Source: Bispira polyomma
Taxonomy: Eukaryota
NCBI GenBank assembly: GCA_965649765.1
Contig: OZ287750.1
Location: 68,882,001 to 68,946,000 of the forward strand
Reading direction: 5' to 3'
DNA length: 64,000 bases
Shown here: positions 38,733 through 52,919 of the stretch, piece by piece
How positions within the stretch are numbered: position 1 is the stretch's first letter
Layout: the number at the start of each line of letters is the position of its first letter
Notes under the pieces: generated by a model
What the model was told of the DNA's origin: nothing
What the model saw: the letters and a program-made list of their open reading frames with translations, nothing else
Databases searched by the model: none
Position numbers and translations under genes: made by a program

Positions 38733-41700
38733 GAGGATCAATTTCTATGCAGTCTGAATAATGATCAACTGTAACCAAATAATTTATTCCAGTGTATGTG
38801 CATATGTCCTTATTGACATATTGCCATGAAAATTCTGGAATCGGCTGTCTGTTTTTCCTAGAATATTGAGCACATATTCCACAATTGCTACAGGTATCTG
38901 TTATCGCTGCCTGCATGCCAGGCCAAAATATTATGCTTTTGCACATTTGTATATTACTATTTGCTCCAAGGTGTGATGCATGTATTCGTTGAAGCATTTT
39001 CTTTTGCATAACTGCTGGTATTACAGCCTGGTAACCACGATAAACTATCCCATCCACAATGGACATTTTGTCACGGAATCCCCAATAAGGAGTGAGCACT
39101 TCTGCCAGATCATGCTTATTGTTTAGCCAGCCATAGTGAATTGTATTTGCAAAAAAACTCATGATAGGGTTATGCCTGGTGGCCATTTGTAATTCCATGG
39201 TTGTTTTTGTGGTGAGATTTGTATTCTGAATCTCATCTGAATCTTTCACAGTCAACCGAAATATTTCAAAAAATGTTTGTTTTGATTCATTTTTGGTTGG
39301 TAGAGGTGATCGTGATAAAGTATCAACTAGTACTATTGAGGTACCCTTCTTGTATGCATTCATATTCTTGTCTTTATCTGTCTATTTGGCTTTATTTTTT
39401 CTATCACTGTCATATTTGAACACCACTCTGTTGGTTCGTCATGTTTGGACAATTTGCCTGATTTCACCAATCCAACTTTTCTCTATTGCGTTGTCGCTTC
39501 GCAGCAGGGATTCTATGTACTGGAGCATGAACTGGTGTTATCTTCTCATTTAAAATAAGAGACACTGGTGTTCCAAGATCTTCAAGTCCCCTGAAATTGT
39601 CCTGGTAACTTTTTAATAGGTTATCTCTTGTTAACTTGCCAATGCAAACATTCTTAGCTTTCACAGCATGCAGCGAACTGTTACTTCCAGTAGTATGTGT
39701 GATGACACATGAAGGATCAAACTTGATCAAGTTTAGTTTCAGTGAGTCTTTAAGACTTAAAAGAGCTGGCTTATCTTTAATGTCTATACTATCTACAACT
39801 TCAAAATCCAGCATATCAAATCTTGTCTTTGATTCACAAAGAAGTGTGATCTTACCTAATGGTTGTATTGTTTCTCAGAGTATGTGTAGAGAACAGAGCT
39901 GGATGTAGTTAAGTCACTTGTTTTACCAAACAAGCTAAACATCTCAAAAGGCATTGTGTTGCACGACGCTGCACTGTCTAGCTGCAACTGACACGTTTCA
40001 AAATTATTTCCATCTTTAGATAATAATAATGACACAACATTTTTGGGGGTGCAGGATCATCAAAAGAATTTACAGTATCCAGTGTCTATGTATAGTCATG
40101 ACCGTACTCGTCTCCAGAGGATAGTTGTTGCAAGAAATCAGTATTGTAATAAAGCATGTAATTATCTTCTATTTTATCGATAGCATTAATATTTTTTTGT
40201 CTATCATTTTGCTTCTGTTTGGTCAACCATCTGTTCTTAAAATGATCTTTCGGACTGGGAGATACATTACTGAAGTGGTTTTCCTATAACAGTTTCTGCA
40301 GTGAACACCTGGTTTACCAGCTGGACATGTACGGCAAATGTGGTCTTCATATGCTCCGCAGTACTGGCATTGAATACATGCCCGAGATGATTGGTTCATT
40401 GGTGGACAAGCCTTGGGTCTGGAATGTAATCTTCTGGTATTAGTAGTATTTTGATTGTTTTGTTATCTATTTACAGGATATACCTGTTCATCAGTGTAAT
40501 GTGACTCCATAACCCGAGTGTTCAATCTATGAAGTTCAGCTCTTAATTTATCACTGTGTACACCGGAGACAAATTTGTCACGTATCAATTCCTCCTGGGC
40601 ATCAGTCATTTTGTTATACTCACATTTAGAACCATGATATTTACAGCGAACCTCAAAATCGGCAATTGAATCTTTAGGTTTTTGTTTACATGTGTCCATA
40701 AATGTCATTCGTTGAGCTAACATAATGTCTTGTCCAGGGTGCCATTGCCATAGCTGCTTTACTTCATCATCAATCATTTTTAGAACAATAGAAGTCTTTA
40801 CCATTTTTCAAACTGTCACTGGCAGTGCTAGTCGAAAGGCATTGATTTCAGAAGCATAGTGATCTGCTTTCCAGTGGTCATTACTGGAGGCATCTTTAGT
40901 AGTGTCCTTCTATCCTTGCAATATGCACCAATTTTTGAACTGATCCAACAGTTCAACAGACTCCTGGCTGTCATCGCAACTACTAAGATTAAGAACAGGA
41001 GGTTTTCCTTTGGCCATGCCTGAGTGAAAATACAATACCCTATCACTTCAGACTGTGGTAAACTACTTTTAACAAGAAGTTCAGCAATTTGTTATGATCG
41101 GTACATGCTAAACTTTGTACATCTTAACAATTGGATTGCTATTTTATGATAAAATAATCTATGTTGATACAGAACTTTAGTTAGTGGAGATTACAAGTTA
41201 AACCTAAATCTGGTGAACAATTTTGATGTATTGAGGAAAAATACAGAATAATCAATGAATAATAATTATAACTTTTTTTTTAAAATCCCATTATTAAATT
41301 TCTTGCCATATGTTTTCCATATTAAGATGATTCTCCCTACTTTCCATTCTGTTTTGTAAATTAGGCGATTTCTCCCCAAACTGTATATCGTACATTAGGC
41401 GATTTCTGCCTGAGAGTTAAGAAATCACCTCCGAGTTTTAGCAGGTATCCGATTTTCTGTAAGCATTTAAAAAATATTTAAGGGTACATACTACACCTTG
41501 GATTAAATTTCCCTGGTCCGGGGCGGTTGGACCAGGGCTTGTAAATCGAAGCCCTCGTTACACTAACGATTTTGTTAGGTCTTGGTTAAGGCTCAGTTTG
41601 CAATGTTTTGTGTAAATTAAAGCCTTAGTTAGTTTACTGTTGGTTAATTTTGTTCGTAAAACCACCCTAATTGAAGGACAACTCAGATCCTGTTGGTAGC

Positions 41701-43092
41701 TGTTAGTTAGACCATATATTCACCAATAAATCAATAAAAACAATGGTAAAATGCCAGAAAAAAAATTGATGCCCAATTTATGGACTATATTTGACTTTCT
41801 ATGTTGAAATAGTTTGTAAAAATCAATAAAGTTAACACTTCTTCACGTGTGTTTATGTGGCCAATGCACCCAAACATATTTGTTATGATATCTTTGATAG
41901 GATCTGTTGGGAGATGTGGATGAGTACATTGTCTTTTACGTATATTTCAAAGTTCTAGATATATGATACACATAACTTATTGTTACTCTTGATGGATCAA
42001 TAACTCTGTATAATACATATAAAGGCTTGTTTTTTGTTAAATGGGTCATAATTTCTACATTTATATTGTAACCACATAATGTAGCTCTTCGTTTGGGCTG
42101 AACTAACGAAAAGCTAACCAATGCTTTCTATTTACCCACAGAGTTGATTAGGTAATGTCTGGTAGTTCTGTTGTTACATGTTTGTTAGTTGGAATTTTAA
42201 TGAAGGTTTCCATTTACAGCCAGGGCCCAGGGCGGCAGGGCATAAAAATTTAGAAAATTTAAAATGATTAAATGGCTGTATTTAAATAAATACTCCCAAA
42301 AAAATATTTGTTTGTGGTACCAAGAGAAACCTTTTTTATGTACGTTATGATAGGTTTTCCAAATTCAATTGAAATAAATTGGTTATGAAGAAATTGTTAA
42401 AGTTGCACTGTATATTCCCTCAGGGCATTTTTTTCCCCAGGGCGGTTTTTTTAGGGCGTTTTTTCCAGATTCATTCCAACTTATTTGACAGAGATTTTTA
42501 AACCAATTTCAAATGCTTGTAACTTTTTTAATAATGTTGTGTTGTTAAAAGCAGTTTCATCAGCAGGTTAATACGTTGAAGCTGACACAAAATACAGCTA
42601 TATATTGAATTGAGTTTGGTAAAACATGATAATAGGTTTCTAGTAATACCAAAACGAAAATTTTAGTTGTAGTATTCATATAGATACAGCTATATTCCTA
42701 CGATATGTTATACCAACATTATTTAAAATACTTCTATTCTACTTTAATTTGTAGCCTACACCATAATCCCAGGGTGTTTTTTCACCACAGGGCGTTTTTC
42801 CTAGTCCATTCAGTTTCCGAGTGATATTCCGAGTTGTACGTAGTATGTACCATTTTCTAAAAAAAAAAAAAAAAAAATGTGGGCGATAATAGAGTATTCT
42901 ACGAAACGACCAACGCTTTGACACGTGTGGAGCCAAGTTAAAACTTGCTAAAATAGCTGACATTACTGTTATGTGGTCGTAAAGGTTAATTAATTCATAC
43001 ACAATATAGAAATATATTCTACGCATACCGCCAGACTGCATTAGGTTAACGCACAACGTCCTCGTATGGTGTTGCGTAGACCGACTTTTAGA

Positions 43093-45773
43093 TAGACGTG
43101 GTTACTGCGGCGATCGTCAGTTAGCTGTCTTATCGCCGTGGTACGAGCCCACATAGAACTGGAGATTTCTAAAAACTTTTAAAATTTTTTTTTAAATATT
43201 TTTTTTAATTGTTTTTCAAGTGTTTTTAAGGTTTTCATTTTTAAGTAAATTTGTATCTACAAATTTACTTATTCACATACATGAGAAGGTGATTGCCCAT
43301 GGCACCAAGACCAGAAGTTGAGGACAAGCTGGAATCGCTCACTTTTTGGTCTTTTTTACTGAAACTTTGTGTGTGTGTTGTAGATAGGGCAAATTTGTTT
43401 TTGTGGTTTTATATCTTTTTTTTATGGAGTTATGGCAATTTTTATGTAATCCAGGCGGAATCCCCCCTCCCGTTGCTAAGGCGGCTAAAAACGCTGTCTC
43501 ATATCTTGTACATGGGGCAAAAACAATTTTAGGCCTTTATGACTGTTTATGTAAAAGTTATAGTGTTTTTCCTAAAATCCAGGGGCTGTTTGGGGGGGGG
43601 GGGGGGGGGGAATTGATTAATGATATAGCAAAACCTCCACCTTTTTACCATGTTTTATACCAAAGCTGAGTCTATGTTGATATTGATTTTCCCTTTGTAG
43701 TCAGTTATACTGAAGGCCACTTCTTTTCCTTTACCAGTGGCTTGTTATTTTGATCTCTTTTCTCTCACTATTTCTCTTCTTAATTAAGGAAAACTATTTT
43801 GATATGTGTGTGTTTCTCTTTATTTAATATGTACAATATAGCAATATTGCTGACAGCCTATATATGTCTTTACATATTATTTGCTAATTAAGCGTCCCTT
43901 GAAAAGAGCACTTATTTGGTTTCACCCCTGGTTTCCTCGCTGTCGCCGCCGCCACCGCCGCCGCATGGTCTTCCTTGAATATCTCCTTCAATATTATCTG
44001 CATCAAAATTATTTTTGGCAGTTCTCTTAACCAGGAGTGGGATGTTTTTTTCTTATTCTTGGCTTTGAACTTTGGCCTACTTAAATATCAGGTGACCCTG
44101 GGGGTGTAAAAGTGCTTGTCACTAGGTTTTCTCAGAAAGTATTCATCATAGCTCAATGAAATTTGGTATGTGCCTTGGTAAGGCAATTGTCATGACGGGA
44201 GACGCTGATGAGATTAATCGAATGATTATTGACCGATTGATTTTTATTAAAATGCGAAAAATCGGTACTTTTTTGCTATCTTGGAAACTATTGGGATTTC
44301 GGCTTTTTCTTGGTATAAGTTATTCATCTACTTTTTGATTTTATGTATGATGTAAAAATCTCACAGTTCTAAGTCCAGTACTCAATGAATACTGAGTACT
44401 TCAAATGAGTAGTTTGCTCTATTTTGCTCTATCTTGCACTTTTATCAAGTTTTCTTTTGAAGTACTTGTCATAATTCAATGAAATTTAGCATGCACATTG
44501 CAAATACCAAAGCATAGATTTCCGCAAATTTTTAGATCAATCTGGTGATAATTGACCGATTGACAGGGTTGATCAATCATACAAAATGGGGAAAAAAATG
44601 TGTTGATGGGTGCTTATTTGAGCGTGTGAGAATTTTTTTTATTTTTAATTTTAAACCAGTACATGCAGCGCGTAACTTTTAAAGAATAACCTGAAATTTT
44701 ATTTATTTTTTATGCCATCCAAAAATATGCGATCGTTACTGATATAAAACGATTTCAATTTCAAAAATTTCAAAAATTAAGGTGTTGTTTTTAAATGTCC
44801 ATTATCTCGGAAACAGTGCTAGATAGAGCGATTTCGAGCTCTTTTCGACCCACAGACTTGGTTTTGCTTATGTGTAAACTTTCAAAAAATTTTGAATTTT
44901 GGCAGCCATCTTTAATTTCTGCGACTTTTTTGAAAATATCCGTTATCTCGGAAACGGTGCTAGATAGAGCGATTTCAAGCTCATTTTTGACCCATAGGGT
45001 TGATTTTGCTTATATGTAAACTTTTAAAAGAATGTTCGATTTTGGCGGCCATCTTGAATTTCTGCGTCTTTTTCGAAAATGTCCTTTATCGTGGAAACGG
45101 TGCTAGATAGAGCGATTTCAAGCTCATTTTCGACCCACAGGGCTGATTTTCCTTATATGTAAACTTTTGAAGAAATTTTTATGACTTGGGCAACCATCTT
45201 CAATTTCTGCGTCTTTTTAGAAAACGTCTGTTATCTCGGAAATGGTGCTACAAAGAGCGATTTCGAGCTTATATTCAACCGAAGGTGCTGATTCTGCTTA
45301 TATGTCAACTTTTAAACAATATCAAACCTTGTACACTAAACAATTTCATTATTATTTTAACTTTAGGGACGCTTCGTTTTTGTTATCAAAAACCGTTTTC
45401 TAGTTACTGTTCTATTTATTGTAATTAACTAAAATATATATATGAAATTTTTGAGGATGAAATTTTTTTTTTGTTGGTGTTTCAAATTTGTGAGGGAGGG
45501 GGGGGGGGGGGGTTGATGGGGGAGAAGGGCGGGGTTGAGGTTTTTTTGGGGGTAGCGGTGTGGGTGAAATTTTTTAAGATGAAATTTTTTTTGGGTGGTT
45601 TGGGGGGGGGGGGGGGGATATATTTTTTCCCCACCCCTAGCAAATTTACTGCTTGTCCCTATGGGCCACTCTTATCTTGTTTGTTGTCTGTTTTAAAAAA
45701 TCTCCAGTTCTATGTGGGCTCGTGCCACAGCGATAAGACAGCTAACTGACAATCGCCACGGTAACCACGTCTA
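43093..45773. mobile_element. AcademH-like non-autonomous element B
   Basis: ~75-bp TIRs TAGACGTGGTTAC...GTAACCACGTCTA; 9-bp TSD ACTTTTAGA at 43084-43092 and 45774-45782. Contains a HINE insertion. Confidence 0.78.
43886..45403 (+). mobile_element. Helentron/HINE non-autonomous element (4 satellite units)
   Basis: 5' AAGCGTCCCT and 3' AGGGACGCTT subterminal inverted repeats, (GCC)n microsatellite, 3' hairpin GTTTTTG-TTAT-CAAAAAC, CTAG end and ~142-bp internal tandem units. Confidence 0.85.
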
Positions 45774-46018
45774 ACTTTTAGACCGAGTTTTCTGTCCTTG
45801 ACGATGCTCCAGTTCTATGTGGGCTCGTGCCACAGCGATAAGACAGCTAACTGACAATCGCCACGGTAACCACGTCTAACTTTTAGACCGAGTTTTCTGT
45901 CCTTGACGATGCTCCAGTTCTATGTGGGCTCGTGCCACAGCGATAAGACAGCTAACTGACAATCGCCACGGTAACCACGTCTAACTTTTAGACCGAGTTT
46001 TCTATCCTTGACGATGCT
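45702..46018 (+). repeat. 3 x 105-bp tandem array made from the junction of elements B and A
   Basis: Units start at 45702, 45807 and 45912 with one substitution in total. Each unit is the right TIR of B, the TSD, and the start of the left TIR of A. Confidence 0.92.
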
Positions 46019-46776
46019 TTGATTTACTGATGTACGCTCGTCTAGGGACAGAGTTCCTTACTATAGCAAATCGTTGTAAATGTGTAATGGCAACAAAATT
46101 GTAAGAAATAACAACCTAAAATAAGGAATCGGCTGGTAAAAAATATATGCAATTGAAGATAAATGGTTATATTTTGTTTTACAACCTTTAATGAATGCCG
46201 ATAAGCAATATATTAATTTATACGAGATATATAAAAGATTTCTGTAAATTTATCCTCCATCTTTGCTAGCGAGAACCTGTTGGCGCATGCGCACACCATC
46301 TCTTCCTGTGTGATTCCCTGGGGGTTTTCCGATTAGAATAATTTGATAATATGAACCGTAAATATTTATTTAATACAAACGATCCCCAATGATATATTTT
46401 CAGTTATTAAAGCAAATTTTAATTAGAAATTGAAATAATTCAGTGTATGTTAGCAAAGAAATGAAGACTGCACATGTCCTTGACATTATATAATGGTGAC
46501 GTGATGGATTATACAAAATTAAAATGGCGGACAAAATACCGGAAATAGACAAATTGACTAATATATAAAAACCTTGTGATGTTTTCTAAATAAAAATGGT
46601 GAACGGCTAATAACCTTTATCAAATAAATAATTTTAGATATTTAAAACAATTGAATTGTGTGAGTATATATGCCGTTACACATTTACAACAATTTGCTAT
46701 AGTAAACAACTCTGTCACCAACAGCCGCAAATCAGAAAAAAAAACCGGCCGTTTCGGCGACAGAAAACTCGGTCTA
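45989..46776. mobile_element. AcademH-like non-autonomous element A (original left end at 43089)
   Basis: TIRs TAGACCGAGTTTTCTGTC...GACAGAAAACTCGGTCTA, extended by an inner inverted block (46047-46092 / 46670-46716); 9-bp TSD ACCGACTTT at 43080-43088 and 46777-46785. Confidence 0.78.
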
Positions 46777-47545
46777 ACCGACTTTGTGCCCTCTCTGTAA
46801 AAGGGTGCAGAATCTCACAATATTGAAGTAAACACTTACTTTTTGCAACAGGATGCTAGTGTAAACACCAACCACACAACAAGATGCAACTTATTTTCTT
46901 ACTTGCTGTAATATGGTCTGCGGTGTTACAGCACAGACCCATGATATATCTTTCAAACTGTACTGATCTCTTAGTAGATGCACTGTTTGAATATGGCGGT
47001 GGATCTGTCCTTGGTTTCATCCAGGACCTACGCGCATCGCTACAGTGGCCAACCTAACTTTTGCGTCGCGTTTTCGCGACCGTGCGGCTCACCACATTCC
47101 CTTTTGTGGCGTTTTTGAGGCCGGCTCCTATGGGGAATAGAACTTGGCACACATGTAATGACGTTTTTCAGGGTGTTACTGTTCATCTATTCAAAACTAA
47201 TTTAATTTACGCTACCACTATTTCAGAGCTCCCATTTTACAGCTTTCATTACCTAGCTGTTTTTGGAAAGGGTGCATTTCATTTCTCTATAGTTTTCATT
47301 AATAACTGTTTATTTTTTACTTGTACAACATTTCAACACTGTTCACATTTACAACTGTTTATTTTTCAGACTACTTCACCATTGTTACCATTCACATTTC
47401 ATTGTTCATTTTAATTATTTAATTGAATTGTTCATTTAAACTGTACTTTTTAATTGTTCATTTTAACTTTACTTGCAACCCTCGCCACACATGACAAACT
47501 TAACCGACACCAACTAACCCCAATTGATACCCTATTTCTCCCACA

Positions 47546-48400
47546 TCAGTTTGTTAGCCTGTAGAACTGATTAGCATTCTGCAAGGTCACTGTCACAACC
47601 TCTTCCACTGTCAACCCTTTGAGATCTGTGATCCTTTGGGCTACGATCAGAATGCCATGAGGGGAGTTATAGGAATACATCCGATGCTCACAAACCTTCA
47701 AGTGGGGAGACTCAGTTTTAAATAAGATTTTCTCCAAAGGCAGTCCCTTAATCACTTTCTCTATATCAGGATGACGCTCTGGCCTCAGTATCGACCCGGT
47801 GAACCCAAATTTTACATTTGGGAAAGTGTTTTGCCATTTCTCTGCCTCGCTGACTTCCCCATTGTAGCAATGCCTGTGTATTTTGTACCTGTCCTCTTCA
47901 CAGGCTGGCAACTTACTACACATAACCTTCAAAGACAGTTCAGTTGCATCTGTGTCCTGGTTATAATCCCAGCAATGTATGACCAGGACTTTGGAGAATA
48001 GTTGTTTTTTCACATAGAAGCCTAAAAGATCTTTGAGGATCGCAACTTGATGTTGCATCAGTGCTGAGTGACCTGAAGTGCGCTCAATCCCCATTTCTCC
48101 AATAGCCACGCATCGGGGTTAACTCTCCACCAGAAACTTCAATAGATCCAGATGGGCTTTATTGGCTTTATGAGCTTCCTTTGGGTGAACCCAAAATGCA
48201 AACCACAGACCGCTATCCCTCTCTATCTGACGCAACTCCCTGTTGCTTGGCAAGTCATCGCAAAAGTTCGCGACCGCTGCTTATAAATAAGCACATACAT
48301 AAGGCTGGGGACCATATTTAAGCATAGAATCCAGATGGGAATACCTGCTTATGCGTCTGGTTCTATCAAAGTGGAAATGATAATCCTTGAAGAGCAGTTT
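47546..48400 (-). pseudogene. Intronless TatD-family (TATDN2-like) nuclease domain, disrupted
   Basis: The frame of ORF 47546-48109 extends upstream through two stops: DYHFHFD (48365-48385, D-x-H-x-H motif), ANFCD, FWVHPK (GxHP), then VAIGEMG, VIHC, IHRHCY and LPLEKILFKTESP (ETDSP). All TatD motifs are in order. Confidence 0.88.
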
Positions 48401-48959
48401 TTAATTCGCTTTAAAGTAATCCTGCCTCCCGCTTTGGAATTGCCTCTCCTAATCTCCGTACTACGTGCTAATCTCATCGGGCCATCTTTGCCTGGCTTTC
48501 GCACCTATTTTTTTGTACACGGTCAACACCAAAAGTAACACTCTTTTTCTCCCCTTGTTTAGATTCTGGCCCAACAGACAGGTTTTGGATTCCAGTCGAG
48601 GTTGACGGTTTCACCAGACCCTTATACATGTTGGCAATCAACTTGCTTGTAGTAGGCTCTGGTGATTTCATTTCAACATCTTGAATCTGATCCGCATTTA
48701 CCAGTTGAATTGGCACTTTATTTTTTTCGGACTGACTAGAATATTTGATAAAATTAGTCCCTTATTCTTCCCCATAACACAATAGCCATTTCTCCAGTAA
48801 TTAGCACTGATGTTAAAGCCGTTGTTCTCAGTACAGTTATTGGTAATACACAGATTCTTCTATCAAGTATCACTCAGGAATTTTCAAAAGTAGCTCCTTC
48901 CTCACTTTTAATTTGACTGATCTCTCTTCGGCAACTTTATTTAAACAGAATTTGAAATT

Positions 48960-49265
48960 TCAAAGTCCAATACTGCCCCAAAATGACACAAGAAATCTAT
49001 GCCAATAATTAATGGGTCTTTTTTAGCAGCAACTAACACATTCCACTTTTGACCTTGCTGATTGATTCTCGAAAGAAATGTCCACATCTTGTAATAACCA
49101 GGCATTAATTTTTATGTTTTTACCTACTCCAGATAATTTATATTTTTCTGTTAATCGAGGTCTATCGTGCAATTTCCATACATCTCAAAACTCATTAAGC
49201 TAACCTCAGCCCCAGTATCTAATAACACCTTCGTGGAAAAACCATTCACTGTACAAGGCATAATA
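48960..49265 (-). pseudogene. Retroviral-type aspartic protease domain
   Basis: IMPCTVNGFSTKVLLDTGAEVSLM at ~49195-49265 and, after frameshifts, DPLIIGIDFL at ~48990-49020. Confidence 0.85.
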
Positions 49266-49359
49266 GCACTGAGATTTTGTTGATTTGCCGCACACAACTG
49301 ATTGCAATGATATGGAGAATAACCGTCCTGATGGATATGAGAAACAGTGTGGATTTTCT

Positions 49360-49408
49360 AGAGGGATGGGTCACTGTCGTCCATGCCACCTCCCCTTTCT
49401 AGTTTAAA
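49360..49408 (-). promoter_or_regulatory. Putative -1 frameshift signal between gag and protease
   Basis: T_TTA_AAC (49402-49408, -) directly followed by TAG, then GGGGAGGTGG...CCATCCCTCT, which can form an imperfect stem. Confidence 0.6.
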
Positions 49409-52400
49409 GAAACCATCTTAGCTCCGCCATCCACATAACCCCCACACGGTGGACTACCTTTTAAATCACCCCTTGGTGACCTATAGAGAGGATTTGCTTG
49501 GTAGCCACTCGGTGGCTCCACTTGGGATGACGTCTTCCAGTTCAGATCATCATATCTACTAGTATTATATTGAGCTCTTTGAGTACTGTAACTACCCCTG
49601 TTAGATCTTGAGTTTTGAGATGTATGGGAAATTGCAAGATAGACCTCGACTATCTAACTGTTATTTCAGCTAGGCCTGTAGTTATATTTCAGTTGATCTC
49701 TACGAAGTTCATAAGAATCATCATATCTATTGTGGTCTCCATTTGCTATTCATTACCAGAACTATCTGTATTTGTGATAAACTGTAACTGCTGTACCATC
49801 TTAGTGGATGCTTTCTTTCCATATATAGCTTTTCTCATGTGCTGTTCCTGTTTGATATATTTGTACGTCTCCTGCAGTGTAGTTGGTGATTTGATACCAG
49901 CCACTAAAGCTGAAGATTTATCCCGACACCCTTTTAAGAAGGCCTTGATGAACATAGCACAATTGAGTTCCTGTTGAGCTTTTTCAGGGTATGCACTGAT
50001 TATCATTTTCTACAATCGAGTTAAAAACCTCTCTAAAGGCTCATCTTCCCGTTGCTCGACTGCTAAAAGCTTCCAAAGGGTTGTACTTGGGACATCTGTT
50101 TTTCATAATGATTTTAAAATTTGTTTTTTATTTCCTCAAAACTACTGGTCACTGAAGCTGATAATATGCTGTAGAATTCAGAAGCTTCTTTCCTCAAACA
50201 CATGGAAAACGCATCAATCTTGGTTGCCTCTGTCCACGACATACTCTTGGCATATGTTTCAAATTGCCCAATGAAACCTCTTGAATGTTAGTTTTGATAC
50301 ATCCAAAGTCCCATGGTTTCGTATGCTGGTAGTACTGATGGTAGCGCTCACTTTAGCTGACTGTGCTCCACCTGCTCCTTCTACCTTACTGCCCAAAGAA
50401 CTGCCTGCGTCATCGCTTTCCTCCATGAAAGTCATTTTCTCCACCATGGGTGTTACCGGGCAAGAGTGCTTCTTCGATTTCCCCTTCTGAGCTTGAGTGT
50501 GGGATGACTTCTCACTCACATATCGCGCACCCACTGTTTTCGGAAAATACCCGCTGAAGGGCTGGCTTAACCACTGGGGTAGAAGACAATGCTTTGGATC
50601 CCTGTTCTTTAGGGGCAGGGGTATATCTTCTACGGACACGATCAGATTGAGGGTTTCCTAAGTCATACATCTCCCCGAAATCCATTTCATCAAGGGAAGG
50701 GGGTCTGGCCCTAGTACAACTTCAGCCTTTGATAGCAAATCATACCGAGTCCATTCCAAATCTTTTTGCAAGCTTGAAGGTAAAGTGAATTTGACACCAA
50801 ACTTCTGTTTCATGTCAGTAACGCCTTCACGCCTTACAGATTTCCTTGCCTTCCTCATGTATCAGCTCTCCTGCGAACTCCTGATTTTGATCTATCAGCT
50901 TTTCAGCTTTCGCAACCAAATCTCTCCTTCGCCCTTGCATTTGCTGTACCCGATTAATTTGAGTCTCCTTTTAGCATGATTATGCCAATGCCTATTGGCA
51001 TAATCATGCTTTCCTGTAGAAAGGGAATAGTGTAAGAACCTTGGTTACGCATGGTTACGACGTGTCCACAGGGTAATCTCTGAATCTGTAAAGAGTTGTG
51101 CTCTTAAATTTCAACAAAAAGCACTGAACGGCCGAATCCCTCTTTGTTGACAGAGCCGATAACTCTTGCAATGATCTGTTGAGATCCTTATCGAGGGAAT
51201 TGAGTTACACCCCCGATGTCGTCTCGATGCTGGTAGTAGCTACCTGTGGTTGCAGTTTTAGCTTGTCCTCATCATCCAACGTCCTGCCTTAATATGACCA
51301 ATTCCTTTGTTATTGGTTGATGTTGACTTACCACCTGCTGATTGAGATCTGACACCTGCTTCTCCGTTGACTGGATATGCAAGGACACGCCAACTAGCTC
51401 GTTCCACAGTTTTGCTATCTCCCGATCATGGGTTTGCACGTCACTTCCGACCTTGTCATCGAGCATACGTACTTCCCTATCTGTGGACTGAATGCGCTCC
51501 AACATACCAATCACTTCCTGCTGTATTTCCGAAACTGCTTGAGTGTTAACCTTTACATCTACTTTAACCTCAGTCACTGCAGTTCCGATATCAACCTTGA
51601 CCTTTTTAATGTTGCTGTTCACTTGATCGGACACTTTAGCAACTTTCTGTCAAACATTCTGAATATCCTGTTTAGCACTTTGCATATTTTGTCCCAACTT
51701 CACACCCAGTTTTTTAACACTGGAATCAAGGGTATCCACCCTACTTTCCACCATACCATATTTTTCCTTTTTTTCCCACTTTCCCAACTAGTGCCACAAC
51801 ATTAGTGTCAAGATTGGCTACCTGCGACCCTCCTACCTAATCACACTTATTTTCAGCGAGTCTGATACGTTTAGGCAACACAACATTTGTTCACCAACCT
51901 GTTTGTAGTCACTTTTATTTTCGTTATGCTCCCCTGTTATGTCGGTACACCAAGAATCTATTCTACCCATGTACCCATGTACAAGGAGTTGATCAAGTTT
52001 TCGGTCAAATTTCTCTACAAACACTTCTTGCGATCGCGATTTCCTAAGAAAGGTTTTACAAAAAGCTGTCCCCAATCACTTTGATTCAGGTTTACTGAAA
52101 TCTATATCGATTCAGGTTTACTGAAAGCCATATCGATTTAGGTTTACTGAAAGCCATATCAATTTCCTGGTTGCTGTGTCGTTATTGGTTGTCACTGATT
52201 GCAACGTTTCCAATTTTACAAAAGCCACATCCTCATCAGCCTTTGAATTTGCAACGATCTTGTTTTTTCAAAAGTCATATTGTAGTCAGTTGATTGCAAC
52301 TGCTCTGAACATCTCCAAGGTCTCCCACAACGCTCCGTTGCGTCCAGAATGTCTTAAGATCACTTCTCAACAATCCCGGATATTGACACTAATTCTTCCA

Positions 52401-52450
52401 TAGTGACTTTCTTGATATCAGTTTGCCTCAACTCAACCTGTACAGCCATG
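49399..52450 (-). pseudogene. gag: Gypsy-type gag, fragmented
   Basis: Heptad coiled-coil region at 51272-51780; capsid-like motifs WTEATKIDAFSMCL, QREDEPLERFLTRL, AYPE and FIKAFLKGCRDK at 49746-50260; Ser/Arg-rich tail. The start position is approximate. Confidence 0.72.
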
Positions 52451-52919
52451 TTATTTCCTAAATCACGAAAACGCAACTTAAAAGAAATTTGTAGCAAGTA
52501 ATTGAAATTTCAAACTAAGCGAAATTGCCTCACACAATTTGAACACTTGAATCTTTATTTCGATAAACCTTTTCAAAACAAACTTTACCACCCAACCACA
52601 ATTGTAATAAAACACAACTTAGTCCAGAATATATTTTATTCCAATCAAACTAGCCTATTTTACTCTAAAAAATCACAGAACGTGCAACTTGACGAGAGGA
52701 ATTTGTTACTTAACTAGTTAATTGGTTAAAATTTTAATAACTTTCAGCTTGGTCAATCTAATCTAATTTACTCTGAGAAATCACAGAGCATGCAACTAGA
52801 ATATTTAGTAACTTGACTAAGTGATTGATTTCTAATCAATAGATATTGATTCACTATATCATGCAAATTTTATATTTGCGAAATAATAGCAAGAATTTAC
52901 ACTTAAATTTTTTTTCTAT

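Larger units (their letters stand above)
36100..41130 (-). mobile_element. Decayed Gypsy (K02A2.6-like) LTR retrotransposon with RT/RNase H deleted
   Basis: gag (CKQKPKDSIADF...CEY...LIRDKFVSG, zinc knuckle), protease QLDSAASCNTM (~39950-39990), RT start PVHRIP joined almost directly to RH end YKKG...DTLSR, then integrase H..HLG/FWPGM/CxxC, YLVTVDHYS and TDNGPQF. A ~35-bp direct repeat at 36162-36197 and 41096-41129 may be an LTR remnant. Confidence 0.85.
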
